Source: Azolla caroliniana (Eukaryota; Plantae; Polypodiophyta). Taken from it: a DNA stretch of 64,000 nt. Both the position numbers and the translations under genes were made by a program. This document shows positions 1 to 11,302 of the stretch, piece by piece. The notes under the pieces were generated by a model. That model was not told the DNA's origin and made no database searches. It saw only the letters and a list, made by a program, of their open reading frames with translations. The first letter of the stretch is position 1. Every line of letters starts with the position of its first letter. The stretch covers positions 20,274,001 to 20,338,000 of the forward strand of contig JBHGNT010000007.1 in the NCBI GenBank assembly GCA_043228905.1, in the 5' to 3' direction.

Positions 1-4
1 AGGG

Positions 5-1033
5 GTGAATAAAGTTCCACTATTTGTAAAGTCAATCGATTGGAATGAAAGGAAGGCCATTGGAATCCAACTCGAGGATGACGATCGTGCAAATGGCCTC
101 ATCGAGGATTGGGACAAAGTGGAAAGGGTATGCCGACAACACGATGAGAGGAAGATGAGATTCTCGTCGACAACAACACGACCAATGAGGGATGTTCAAA
201 GGAGAACGGGATGTAATACACCACCACCAAAGGAAGAAAACTCAAAGCGGGAAGACTCAATACTCAACATAGAAGCCTTAATGAGAGAAGCATTCAAGAA
301 CTTAAAGGTGCAAGGTGATGTTGAAGAGGAGCTTAAAATGGAGCGAAAACCGAGGAGAACGGTGATTGAGGAAAAAGAGACCTTCCAACAAATATGGGTT
401 AATGAAGTGGCCGATACAAAGGCTCAAGTTTTTTATGACAATACCAAGAGAAAAGGTGCAAAACAAGTCACCTTCTCATATTGCAGAGAAACAAGGGTCA
501 AGGATAAGGCCGAAGACTCGAGAGCAGGAAATGCCGTTCTAAGAGTGGACAAGCATTTCGGAACACACATTGTGTCTGAAATATCAAGTGATGAAGGTGC
601 AAGCGTGAGCAAAGCTTGCGTGATCGAGGGAGATAAAGAGTGCAAGGTCGACGTGATTGAGGAGGTAGCCACGAGAAATGACATCAAGACAGAGATGGCT
701 ATGGACGTGTCGATGGCGGATGGTCGTGTCGAGACTTTCCCAACACTTGATCTAGAGACTTGGGCAGTTGCGTTCGAGAGCCAACATGAGACCCAAGAGA
801 CGGAAAGTGGTGGGGAAGCAAAGATTGAAGCCAATGGGAATGAAAACGTTGACGGAAAGATGGTTATGGATGAGAAGACAATGACTGATGGTGCCAAGGT
901 TCTCCCCACAATTGTTCTTGAGACTTCGGCAGTTGTGCCAGAGAGCCAACATAAGACCGAAGATATGGAAGGTGGTGGCGAAGAGATGAGGGTTGAAGCC
1001 AATGCATACGAAGTAATGATGGCCAACAAGTAG
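5..1033 (+). pseudogene. Gag C-terminal part plus acidic repeat linker, interrupted by stops downstream
   Basis: Homology to ORFs 25809-27887 and 28495-29910, including the repeated P(T/L)I.LETSAVV.E.Q..TE..E.GGE module. Confidence 0.8.
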
Positions 1034-1766
1034 GCCAAACACAAAGCTAAAACAAAGTTTGATAAAGAGACAAATAACAACAAGCAAGGAAGAACCAAAA
1101 AAAAATCTGGATGGAAGATGATGCGGTTGGTTTTCCGATCTGAACGAAAGCCAACCCAAATAGGAGTTGATCTACCGGGTCCTACCCAATCGAAACCCAA
1201 TCCGGCCGAACTTGATCAGTCAGACCCGATCCAGAAGGGAGTAGACTCAGTTGAAGCCGATCGTGTGAGTCTGATTTGGCTGATTGCGAATTCGAACAAA
1301 CCCGACCAAGCCAAAAGCTGATTGGTCAAGACCACTTTAGACAGAATTTGAGCTAGTTTGGCCGGAGGTCGAAGCAGACAAGACGTGACACCCGGTCGAG
1401 GCTGGTGAGCATGAGGAAAAGCAAGCATGAGATAAGAAAGGACGATCCGAGGAAGTTTGATGACCAAGGAGATGGTCGAGATGAAGGTGGCACATGTACG
1501 ATGCATGAAGGGTTACGCTCTGGAGGAGAAAAAGAGGCTATGACAACTGGTCATGGCAATACGAAGGGCAATTGAATGATATGGTGGATCAGATGGCGAC
1601 GATGGTTGAGCTAGAAGGAATGGACGAGCTCAAAATGGAGGGACAAAGGCAATGCGGGCAAGGCACAAGAAAGGAGCAAGTCAAAGGTTGACAACCTTTG
1701 GCCCCACCACATCACTCTTTTCCTTCTTGGCACATGCCAGAGGATGTGCGGTTTGGTGGGGGTGGA

Positions 1767-2411
1767 TGTCGTGATGTGGCATGTCTAGTGCGACAAAAAG
1801 TCAAAAATTGAGGATCCACACACATTTCACGTTCACGAATACTTGTAAAAATGAAAATAAATCAGTAATAAATAAACCTAGGTCACAATGGCATTGAGTG
1901 CATGTAGAGGGCTGCAAGTAGGATTTGAACCTTGCACCTCTAAGATAAAAGGCAATTACCTTACCACTACAGCTACTACTAAGTGTTTTAGCTTTTCTAA
2001 AAATATTTCTTTCTCATATTCAGTATTCCGTAGGAAACAAACGTACAAAACCGTGTACACAAAACAATGGTTTTAAGCCCATGGTTTTCTGCATGTCACG
2101 AAGCAAAATTGTGTGCACAGAAACCATGGCTCCAAGCCCATGGTTTTGTGCATGGACAAACCTATAAAACCCCTAGTACGGCTTGTGTGAAGGGGGGGGG
2201 CTCAATATGTGATATTATCATCATCACTATCACCATCAATATAATAATCTTCTTCTCGTGTGTAAAAATTTCCTATCTTCTCAAGTGTAGTGCTCATTGT
2301 TTCCCCAAATCTTACATTCACATTGTCCTCTTCTCAATAACTCCTTGGTCCAAGACCCCAGTGGTCCCGTTCAAGCGAAGCACGCACACACACATGCGCA
2401 TCTTTGCGATA
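1767..2411 (+). repeat. 3' LTR (TGTCG...CGATA)
   Basis: Starts TGTCGTGATGTGGC after the PPT. The 3' end CTCCTTGGTCCAAGACCCCAGTGGTCCC...TTTGCGATA matches the LTR end of the 16995-56816 element. TATA-like CTATAAAA at ~2162. Confidence 0.8.
1908..1980 (-). other. tRNA-like Pol III A-box/B-box cassette inside LTR
   Basis: Minus strand reads TAGCTGTAGTGGTAAGG...GAGGTGCAAGGTTCAAATCC. No convincing anticodon or acceptor stem. Confidence 0.6.
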
Positions 2412-3213
2412 GCGCTTCGTCCAGGGCCTTCTTGAGGTTTTTGATTTTACGCTTATTGACCATCATTGCTTCCTCATAGCAGCTCTTCGTCTTTGCCCAT
2501 ATCCAAGACTCTTTTAAGTGTAGTTCTTCAAGATATCCCATTTCATTGTTCAGGTGGATTTTTGCCTGATGTGTCTGTTCACGTTGTCGTGAAGAAAACC
2601 GTCCACAAGCGGAATCGGTGCACCGGAGCGTAGGAACCGGCTCTTCATGCACGTACGCCTTATGTTGGACATAAGAAGATCCTAGGTAGGTAGATTCGGT
2701 AGGTAGGAAGTTAATGGGAAACGACTCCTTCCTTGCCTATAAAAGAGGGAGACGAGGAGGGGGGAAGTTTTTGGCGGAATCAGAGAGGACGAAGTGCGGT
2801 CGAGTTGTCGGTCGAAGGCTTCTCTCTCTTCCATACTCTCCGTAGCTTCTTTCTGTGTAGGTTTCGGGAGGCTCGCGCTGCTCTGAGGAATGCCCGAGTG
2901 CTTCCGGCAACACCTCCAACCTACTCCTTTCTTTCTGAGCGTTTGCGAACAGGCATCGACATCTGTTCGCCGGCCTGTTCGGTTGTAACTGACTTCGTGC
3001 TTCTTGTTGTTTGTCTCTGTTAATATATACATACATACCTTCGTGCCTCTCTGTGTTGGTTTCCCCCCGCTCGCGTCTTCGTGTCGAAGGGCCGTGTCCC
3101 TGTGGATCTACGCTCGCACGTAGTGGGTCCCTTCCTTTCTCTATTGCTCTTCGGTACAAGACCCCCGAGGTCCCGCCTCATTCCACGCATCCGCGAGGAA
3201 TACCTCGACATCT

Positions 3214-3231
3214 TGGTGAACCCGACGTGAA
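3214..3231 (+). promoter_or_regulatory. Primer-binding site complementary to the 3' end of tRNA-Trp
   Basis: TGGTGAACCCGACGTGAA is the reverse complement of the plant cytosolic tRNA-Trp 3' end (...TTCACGTCGGGTTCACCA). The same PBS occurs at 25796, 29748-29765(-) and 55004-55021(-). Confidence 0.8.
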
Positions 3232-3253
3232 CGAGGTGGCAGAAGAGCAGAAG

Positions 3254-4420
3254 ATGAAGGGGTCGGATCTTGCGGAGGCCATGGCTTCGGCCGTGGATCG
3301 GATATTGAGCGCGCGCGAGGGCACCGACGCCCTCGACAGAGCCATTGAGGTGGTCGTTGGTACGATCGGCCGGTTCAGCGGAAAGGATGCCACGAAGTAT
3401 TTGGCGTCCTACGGGGCAGAAATGCTTATGCGGGACATTCCGGAAGAGAGGCGTCTTGCCGGGTTCCCTCGAGTGGCGATGCCGAGCATCCATGCGGAGG
3501 TGCTCAAGGTACGGGTGGAGAGCCGTACCTGGGAGGAGTTCGAAGGCCGACTCCTAGAGAAATACGGGCTAGACGACGCGCTCCGGCTTTCGAAACGGGA
3601 CTTCATGGAATGGGTGGAGTCCCCTGGCAAGGGAAGAAACGCGTCGGCACTCCTCCGGGAGTTTGAGGAACGCTTTGCACACCTTTCGGCGCTTGACCGA
3701 ACCGTTCTGGATACGAGCCGGGTCCTACTGTTCGTCAAGTCAGTGGACGAGCGGGACCGGGATCAAGTCGGCTCCTTGCTGGAAACCGAAGACGGGCTGA
3801 CGACCGACTGGGCTGCGGTTAAGAGAGTCTGTGGCCGTTTCGACAAACGGCGAGAATGGGATGATAACGGGGCGGCCGGTGCGGGCTCGGTCACAGCAAG
3901 GAGGCTTGAACCGGCATCACAAGGGCGAAGGGAAGAGACCCGGGAGTGGCTCGAAACCGGTTCGGCTTCTACCGGCATGGTCAATGACTCGTCCGGAGGA
4001 GCAGCGCTGGAGGAGTTGACGCGGGCGATAAAGGATCTCCAGATTGCCCAGGCTCAAAGGGAAGGTGGCGAACCGGCTCGTGACCGATTGCCGGCAGCAG
4101 GGAACAGGTGCATGTGGTGCGACGAGGTCGGCCACATCCGGAAGGACTGCGGCGATTTCGCAGAGGCGTTGAGGAACCGGGTGGTGTACCTGTGGGAAGG
4201 CCGGGTGCATGCCGGCGATACCAGAAGGGCCCTAAACCAGAACGACAGGCAAGGAGGTATGAAGAGACTGATGGAAGAGGCAGCGGCCCGACACGTGGAG
4301 GCCATCCACTACTCGGCGTCGGCCGATATTCGGGTCGGGGGCAGCGAGGCCCGAAAAGAGAGCAAAGACGGATTCTGGTCGGCAATGCTGGAAGGTCTTG
4401 CAGGCGCACGGCTGAGGAAA
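3254..4420 (+). CDS. Gag (capsid-like N-terminus, CCHC zinc knuckle), truncated
   Basis: ATG at 3254 after the PBS. Motifs FSGKDATKYL, WEEFE, LLFVKSVD and CX2CX4HX4C. The residues after ~4420 are read-through into a different element. Confidence 0.8.
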
Positions 4421-7400
4421 AATTTCTTCTTGTACGTGAGCCGCGTAATTTGGGTTCATTTGGTAATGTCGTTGCTGCACAGGTTTCGTGTCAGTGGACA
4501 AATTGATCTTGTGCTGATAAAATTTCGGATCCAATCCTTTCATGTCCTCGTGTGACCATGCGAAAACATCCCTATATTCCCGGAGTAGTTTTTTCATTGT
4601 CGTCTTCTCGCCCGAGGTCAGATCCCTAGAAATTGAGAGTAGTCGTGGCACCTTTGTCGTTCCGATGTTGACTTCTTCTAATGCAGAAGCGGTGGCGTGA
4701 CGCGAGATTTCCATTTCTTTTTTGAACGCTTCTCGTGCCCTACTCAACTCTATTATCGACTCACGATCTGGCTCATACTCCTCTTGACGCGTACTGGTTG
4801 GGGCGTACTCCGCATCGGTTTCCATTACGTCAATTTCGAATAATGGCACAATCTACGGGTTTTCAGCGAGGTATGCCTCAAGCTCAGTATCATCCACTCC
4901 TTCCAGCATATTAATATCTTCGGCGTATAATGGCGTGATGCCCTTGGTTAGTGCCGCTGTTTCCTGCGTAGGGACACAGACTTTGTTGCGGCCTCGTTAG
5001 AAGCTGATATAGTTATGCGCCAATTTTGTTAGATGTTGGCAAAGCGTAACCATGGTCTGCCCAATAGAAATGTATACGCTCTCGGAGCGTCTAATGCGAG
5101 TACCACCGCAAAGATGTCAAAGTGATGGTCTCCGACGACAATTCCTATTTTCTGAATTAACCCGAGGGCCCTGATGGAACGGGTGTCCGCCATACGGAGC
5201 CAAAAAGGGCATGCTTCCCAATCTGTAATGCCTAGTCGAGTACACGTTCTCGTAAAGATTCCAGGCCATGTTGACAAACCGGGGTATATCGGAAGAAATG
5301 GCAGGGTGGAGCATGTGCACTCACCCTTGTACAAATGGTGTAGGTGATAGGGGTGCCTTTATGGCGCCGACCAGCAATAAAGTCAGGACAGAGGATCCCA
5401 TGTATCAAGGGATTTATCCCACATAGTTACGTGGCCCTCACCTTGCTCTATAAAAGGGAGGGTGCACCCCTTGTATAAGGGTTCCCACCCGTTGGGTTCC
5501 ATACGGTTTTTCCCCACTTTGGGGTTCCATAGAGTTCCCTCGGAGGGCTCTAGTTTCTTGTAACATAATATTAGTTTGTTTCCTATCCCGTTGTGTTCAA
5601 TTCTTATTTCCGTTCCTGCTTCGTTTGGGGTGTCTCTGTTTTCTATTCTCTTTTAGGGTTAGGGTTTGGTGTTTCGTTTATGTGCATGAGTGGGCGAGCG
5701 TAGCTGGTGGTGGCAGACTGTGCGTGGACTGTCTCTGCCTTCTTGTGTGTCTCTTTGTGGGTTTGTGGCACTCCGTGTTCTGGTGTGTGAGTGGGTGTGT
5801 GACGGTGTTGGTTACTGTCGCTCGTGGCGAACCTATGTGCTGGGCGGTTCGTTCGTAGGCTCCCCTCCCTGGCGTGCAAGACCCCACTTGGGCCGGTTAG
5901 CCCTTGCGCTCCCTATAGGTGGCTTGGCGATAGGAGGTGATCGTTTTGGAAGAGGTGTGCCCTGCACGAGGATCCCATTGCGCTAACGAGCCCTGGTGCT
6001 CCCTGACCAGTCCTGGGATGCAGGCTCCCTCTTCCTCTCTGTGTGAAACTGGCGACGTAACGAGCATCATGTACATATGTGTGTGTGTTTCTCTGGTTAG
6101 CTTAGGGTTAGGGCATGGGTAGTCACTGGTGTAGGGGAGTCGGTAGTGTTCGGGTGCGCCTGTGTGTGTGTGTGTGTGCGTGTGCGCAGGCGCGGTTAAC
6201 CGGGTCGTGACCCGTGCCTCTTTTGGGGCCCTTGTGCATATGGATAGAAGGGCGGTAAGGATGGGGGGGTGTGCTTCCTCACTCCACGTGCGGTTACTGG
6301 TCACATTCGGAGAGAAACCGGAACCGACCGGCAAGGTCTGACCCGGAAACCCTCCGAGACCGAACCGGCCGACAACGCGGCAAGCTCAGGAGAATTCGGT
6401 CCTCCGGAAACTCCACTCCTGGTCCATGACCCCAGTGGTCCCACCTGGATCCGACATGCAAGCGTGGATCTCTGCAACAACGTGCTTGTGCTAATGACGT
6501 TTACGTCGGACCCCCCATCGATGATGCACCCCGATATTTCTTGGCCCTTCAGTACCAATTTAATGGCCAGGTTGTGGTGATCTACTACTATTGGGCCGAT
6601 ACTAGACTCCACGAAATTGGCCGAGACGTCTAATCCGGTTGTGCCTCATAAACGATTTTCCACCACTTGTTAGAATCGTGGAACCAAGCGGAGGAGCTTA
6701 TCCATGGTCAACATTATTTCACAGTCTGCCAATGCTTGCCATATGGGGTCCGATGCTAATGCGTTATCATCCGTCTGTAAGTGGTTGTTCGTTGATTCTT
6801 GTTTCCTACCCTCCGCATTCACCGCATTTGCTTTTTCTACCCAGACCTAGGCTTCTTGGCGTATCTCATCTTGTTCTGCCCATTCTATGTTTTTCGCCTG
6901 TTGCCGTGTTGTGACGTGTTGGATTTCGGCCATGATTGTATTGATGGTTGGTTCCTTTCCTTTGCGATGCGGACACTACATCGCGTAATGGCCGGGCTGC
7001 CGGCATGCGAAAGAATGCACGCTTGACTCACCTCTCTCTGCGATCGGTGGTGTATTTGTTTCTGCCGGTGTGGCTTGCTCTTCCTGGGGTTGTTGAAGTC
7101 ACTTGTTATTCAGAGGTTGTTGATGATATTCTCGGCGCGACGCTGGGCATTGTTCATCTTCTGATCTCTCCTCATAATGATGTTGGTCCCTAGGCGAACG
7201 ATTGTTACCAGGACGAGGTTCGTTGAATCCCCCACGATTGTGGGTGGGCCTTCGATTGTCGTAGCGACGCCCCTCCCGATTGTAATGGTTGGTATTTCGG
7301 TACTCTTCCTCTTCCTACTCTTCTTCATCGGAATACGGGTGGTTGTTACGGTGGTAACGGTATTGACGCTCTGTTCTTTGATTTCAGTCTGTATACCAGG

Positions 7401-8956
7401 GACGCTCTTCTTGCCGACCTTGGTCATTCCTACGAAATTGCCATTGAGGCTCCATACGGCGTACTACAGGTGTGGACCTATTCAACATATTGTACTCACA
7501 TTGCTCCACCGTGTGTGCCCATGAGTGGCAAATGGGGCAATGTATTCTCATATTACATTCTAACGCGGAATGCCCCGAGTTTAGACAGATTGTGCACTGA
7601 ATGGCCTAGCGGAATCGATGTTCCTCTTCTTGGGGCAACACCCGTCATAGCGATGCCATGGACAAACTTTCATCTTCCTCCTCTAACTTGAGCTATAATG
7701 CTCGCTCGATGACCATATTCGACGTCTCCCCTTTCACACTGTGTGTGTTCAACGTCATCTAGATAGGCCGTCTTAGGGTTGCTAAACTGTTTTCTTGGCC
7801 TCTTCGTCCTCTGGGGCCCATGTAAGGTTCCATTGTAGACTCTGGAAATGCAGACTGAAGTCCGCTACGGATGTTATGGGAAGTTGCTTGATGGTATAGA
7901 ACTGCCTGATTATTTCACATTGTGGCACCCTCCGATGAAAAAACGCAAGAACGTCGATTGCAATTGGTTGAAGGTTGTGATTGCTGCTAGATCCATCTGG
8001 GAATGCCAACACGCAGCCCGATCATCCAAAGTAAACCCGAAGTCGACGATCTTCGAAGCATGAGCTTCCGTGTCTAGAAACCGTTGCGCAATGTGATTAG
8101 CATTCCAAACATTGAGGAACGATTGTATGTGGCGCGCAACGTCGGTTTCTCCATTAAAGCAGGGGTATGAGAAAGCCATGCCGGTCGTGGAGGTGACGGT
8201 CGGCCAACGAAGGCTATTGACCCCGCGGTGTGGGCTACTGTGGCGTTTGTTCGCACTACTTTGATCGTGTGGTGATAAGACTTCGTGATCGAAGCCGCTT
8301 TGCTCTGTGAGCATGGAGTCTATTGGATACTCCTGAAAAGAGGAGGTGTGGTCGCTGAGTCGGGGTTTTCACGTAACGCGTTCTTCTGTTTGTCTCGTGA
8401 TGGATCTAGTTAGTGGTCGATCTTGTCGCATAGCTTCTCTTATACGTCAGCGGCTAGGCATCCATTCCTTGCTTGCTCGACTGCGAGGATTCACAGACCA
8501 CCAGGCGTGCCAAAAGTGTTACCGATTAGGAACACAAGTTACCCTCAGTCCTTCGAGGTAACTTACAAGGTGATTGTGGTGCAAGAGAATAGGAATGCAT
8601 AGTGCGTGATTAGTAGGGCGTAAGGAGGAGACGGCTACAACCTAGCCTCCTTAGGGCGTAGTACCCAACGCGTACTTACCTTGTGTTAACTGTAACACAA
8701 TCTTGTAGAGACACAGAAACAAGACACCAATCAACCAATGGACAGGAGACCGAGATTAGAGAAGATAACTATATTAAAACGACACTCTCATAATACACTA
8801 GCTCTTTACAATGGTCTCTCGCCCTCTATATACACAGGGCTTACAATCGGTAACGCTCCCTGCGTAATACCGTTACATGTGTTACTTTAACGCTCCTAAT
8901 ATAATAATCTATTTTCCATGCGTTATCTCCGGTGGTTACAATTCCGGCGAACAACA
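4421..8956 (-). mobile_element. Truncated, degenerate Athila-like (non-chromovirus) Gypsy: 5' LTR 8517-8956, gag, protease, RT start
   Basis: Fragments are colinear with 31630-35529 (IIDGGSDVNVIS, WEACPFWLRMADT, DVFAWSHEDMKGLDP). PBS TGGCACGCCTGG at 8501-8512(-). LTR TGTT...AACA. Interrupted by the solo LTR at 5248-6479. Confidence 0.85.
5248..6479 (+). repeat. Solo LTR of the tRNA-Trp family, TSD ACGT
   Basis: ACGT at 5244-5247 and 6480-6483. Removing the LTR restores the host protease frame VNVISTST-CTRLGITDW. Ends T(C)TCGTAAAG...GGTCCATGACCCCAGTGGTCCC...GCAACA match family termini. Confidence 0.8.
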
Positions 8957-10180
8957 GAGAAATCGACCGACTAAGTGAAGTAATCGAACTTCTTACTATC
9001 GTGGTGCCTGTTTCAAGCCGTCAAGATTCTTCCTGAGTCGGCAGACTAGATGTTCTTGGTCGGGTGCGATGAAGCCTTTCGGTTGTTCCATATAAATTTC
9101 CTCCTCTAGATCCCCATGGAGGAATGTCGTTTTGACATCTAGTCGAATCAGCTCCAAATTCTCGGCTGCACACAACGCCGAGCATAAAACGGAGGGTTGT
9201 CATTTTCACCACGGGTAAAAGACTTTCATCAAAATCGATGCCATATTCATGTCAAAACCCTTTTGCAACTAATCTGGTCTTGAATTTTGGGGTGGCCGAA
9301 TCAGACGTCTCTTTAATTTTATAAACCCATTTACACGGAAGAGCACATCAATTTTTCAGTAGTTCGACCAAGTCCCAAGTTTGTGGTTTGGTCGAATGGA
9401 GTTCATTTCGGACTCCATTGCTAGTTGCCAGGTGGCCGAATCAGCAGATGCCGATGCTTCTTTGTATGATGTCGGTTCTTCGGCGTCCGTAAAGAAGATA
9501 CCAGGAGATGATCTCTCTAGGCGTTGCGACAGTCTCTCCGATCTTCGAGGTATGACTAGACTAGTCACATCGAGTGTCGTAGTCGGATGGTCCGAAGCCG
9601 AAACATTCAGTTGTGCCAAGTCAGATACTGCTGAGTTGGTATTAGAGGTTTCGGCTACATGTGAAGCCGACCTTGTGTTGTGTGTTGGGCCTTCGTGAAG
9701 GGTTGGCACATCTGGAAAAATTACCCTTTGGACTTCGATCGGCTTTTTGGCCGATTGGTGCATGGCTGACTCATTGAACACTACGTCCGAACTTCGAACG
9801 ATTTGTCTGTGCTCAAGGTCCCAGAGTCAGTAGCCAATTTCGCCATCTGGTCCATAAACAAGGAAAATACATTTCATGGACCTCGGTGCAAGTTTGGGAC
9901 GATCGTCTTTCGGGATGAGGATGTACGCCTCGCACCAAAAATCCTTAGCTTATCGTAATTTGGCTTATTGCCAATCCATAATTCCTAAGGTATCCGAAGT
10001 CCTAGATGCCTGCTCAGCGACATATTGATTATGTGTACTACTGTAAGCAGTGCCTTTTCCTAGAAGCCATCCGATAGTCTAGAGTGTTGGAGCATGGAAA
10101 CTATCCTTTCTTGAATTGTTCGATTCATCCTCTCGGCAATTCCATTCTGCTCTGGACTATATGGTGTCGTAAATTCACGT

Positions 10181-11302
10181 TGTCATAAAGATTTTCGGCA
10201 ATGGTGTGAAAATCACATAAAACGTACAAAATTGAGTATGAATCACATAAAACAATAATAGTGAAGATAACATTTTAAATAAGTTTAATATCTAAGTACA
10301 AAATGATTGAGGCCTTCAAGAGCTTTCGAATGCACTTTATTACACAAGAAACGGACAACTAGATGTCAAGATATGAGGGTATAAAGTTTGTGAAAGGAAA
10401 AGAGAAAACTGTGAGATATCCCACATAGGCACGACAAATACGGCTCTCATCATATATAAGGTAGAGCAAAAGCTATTATCTTTGTGTCTATGTGTGGAGC
10501 ATAGAGAGTTCAAGGTAACTTGAACTAAGAGTGGAGGTGGTCTAGCACCCATAAATGTTTTGGCCAACCAAAACCAGTCCGGCGATGGAGCCGGTGCTTC
10601 GGCGGCAACCGGTGATCCGACATCCGGCGGTGCACCGGCGAGGCGGCGGCCACCGGTTGCCGGGGGCATTCGACGGCGCATCAACATCCGGTGTTGGCGA
10701 GGTGAGGGCATCCGGCGGCAGCCACCGGTAACCGACGACATCATCTGGCGACTAGATAGATAAATAAATAAATAAATATACATATACAAGGAGGGCAAAT
10801 AAGGATTCGAACCTTGCACCTCCAAGTTAGTAGTCAATTGGCTTACCACTAAGCCAAGATATTTAGTTGAGAGCTAAAATGAGTGACATGGTTATCATGC
10901 ACCACATGTAATACATGAGCGCCAAATGGCAAACATGCATTTTATGCATGTCTTGAACCCTCAAATGCATGAGGGCATCTATAAAAGAGGGAATGAAAAA
11001 GATCAATGGGGGATTTTCTGGGGGATAAAAGAAAGCTTTGTACTTTAAATAAAAAAATGAATATTAAGAAGAAAATTCGTTATCCTTTTGATAATATACC
11101 TTGTTCTTGAAATCTAAAGTCAAGAGTTCTTAATCTCTCTCTCAATCTAAAATCAAGCGTTCTATCTTATCTCAATCTCTCTCCCTTTCAATCTATCTTA
11201 ATTCTTTTCTCACTAATGCTTGTGCAAACTTCGAGTCCTTCCGGTCCAGAACCCCGGCGGTTCCGCCTCGCGATCCACGCCTACTAACGGATCTTCACGA
11301 CA
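10181..11302 (+). repeat. Solo LTR of the tRNA-Trp family, TSD ACGT/TCGT
   Basis: TGTCATAAAG...CCAGAACCCCGGCGGTTCC...CACGACA. Splits the Copia integrase codons HGIRR|EFTTPY. TATA CTATAAAA at ~10979. Confidence 0.8.
10791..10860 (-). other. tRNA-like Pol III A-box/B-box cassette inside solo LTR
   Basis: Minus strand reads TGGCTTAGTGGTAAGCC...GGAGGTGCAAGGTTCGAATCC, with a consensus A box and B box. Confidence 0.65.

Larger units (their letters stand above)
1..2411 (+). mobile_element. Gag-only non-autonomous Ty3/Gypsy element (tRNA-Trp-primed family), 5' end outside window, degenerate
   Basis: ORF 5-1033 is homologous to the Gag of 25809-27887 (FVKSID..ERK.IGI.LEDDD.ANGL.EDW.KVERVCR). Trp-rich motif remnant at ~1580-1650. 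PPT GGTGGGGGTGGA before the 3' LTR at 1767. No pol. GCGC follows the end (2412-2415). Confidence 0.85.
2585..4420 (+). mobile_element. 5' portion of a tRNA-Trp-primed Ty3/Gypsy element (LTR 2585-3210, PBS, gag), 3'-truncated
   Basis: ACGT|TGTCGTGAAG...CCTCGACA, then PBS TGGTGAACCCGACGTGAA (3214-3231). Gag carries a CMWCDEVGHIRKDC knuckle and is colinear with 53753-54954. It abuts minus-strand Athila-like RT at ~4420. Confidence 0.85.

Noticed and set aside
433-1200. Long antisense ORFs here and at 26147-27643 and 37263-38208
   Set aside because: Shadows of GA-rich sense ORFs with no recognisable motifs.
2416-2580. Host gene exon
   Set aside because: A 165-bp coiled-coil-like remnant between two insertions, too short to assign and probably TE-derived.
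3011-4555. 514-aa protein as given in the ORF track
   Set aside because: Chimeric: it starts in the LTR and ends in the antisense strand of another element's RT. Only 3254-4420 is Gag.
5315-6305. Separate element nested inside the solo LTR
   Set aside because: The composition differs, but I found no matching TSD or termini.
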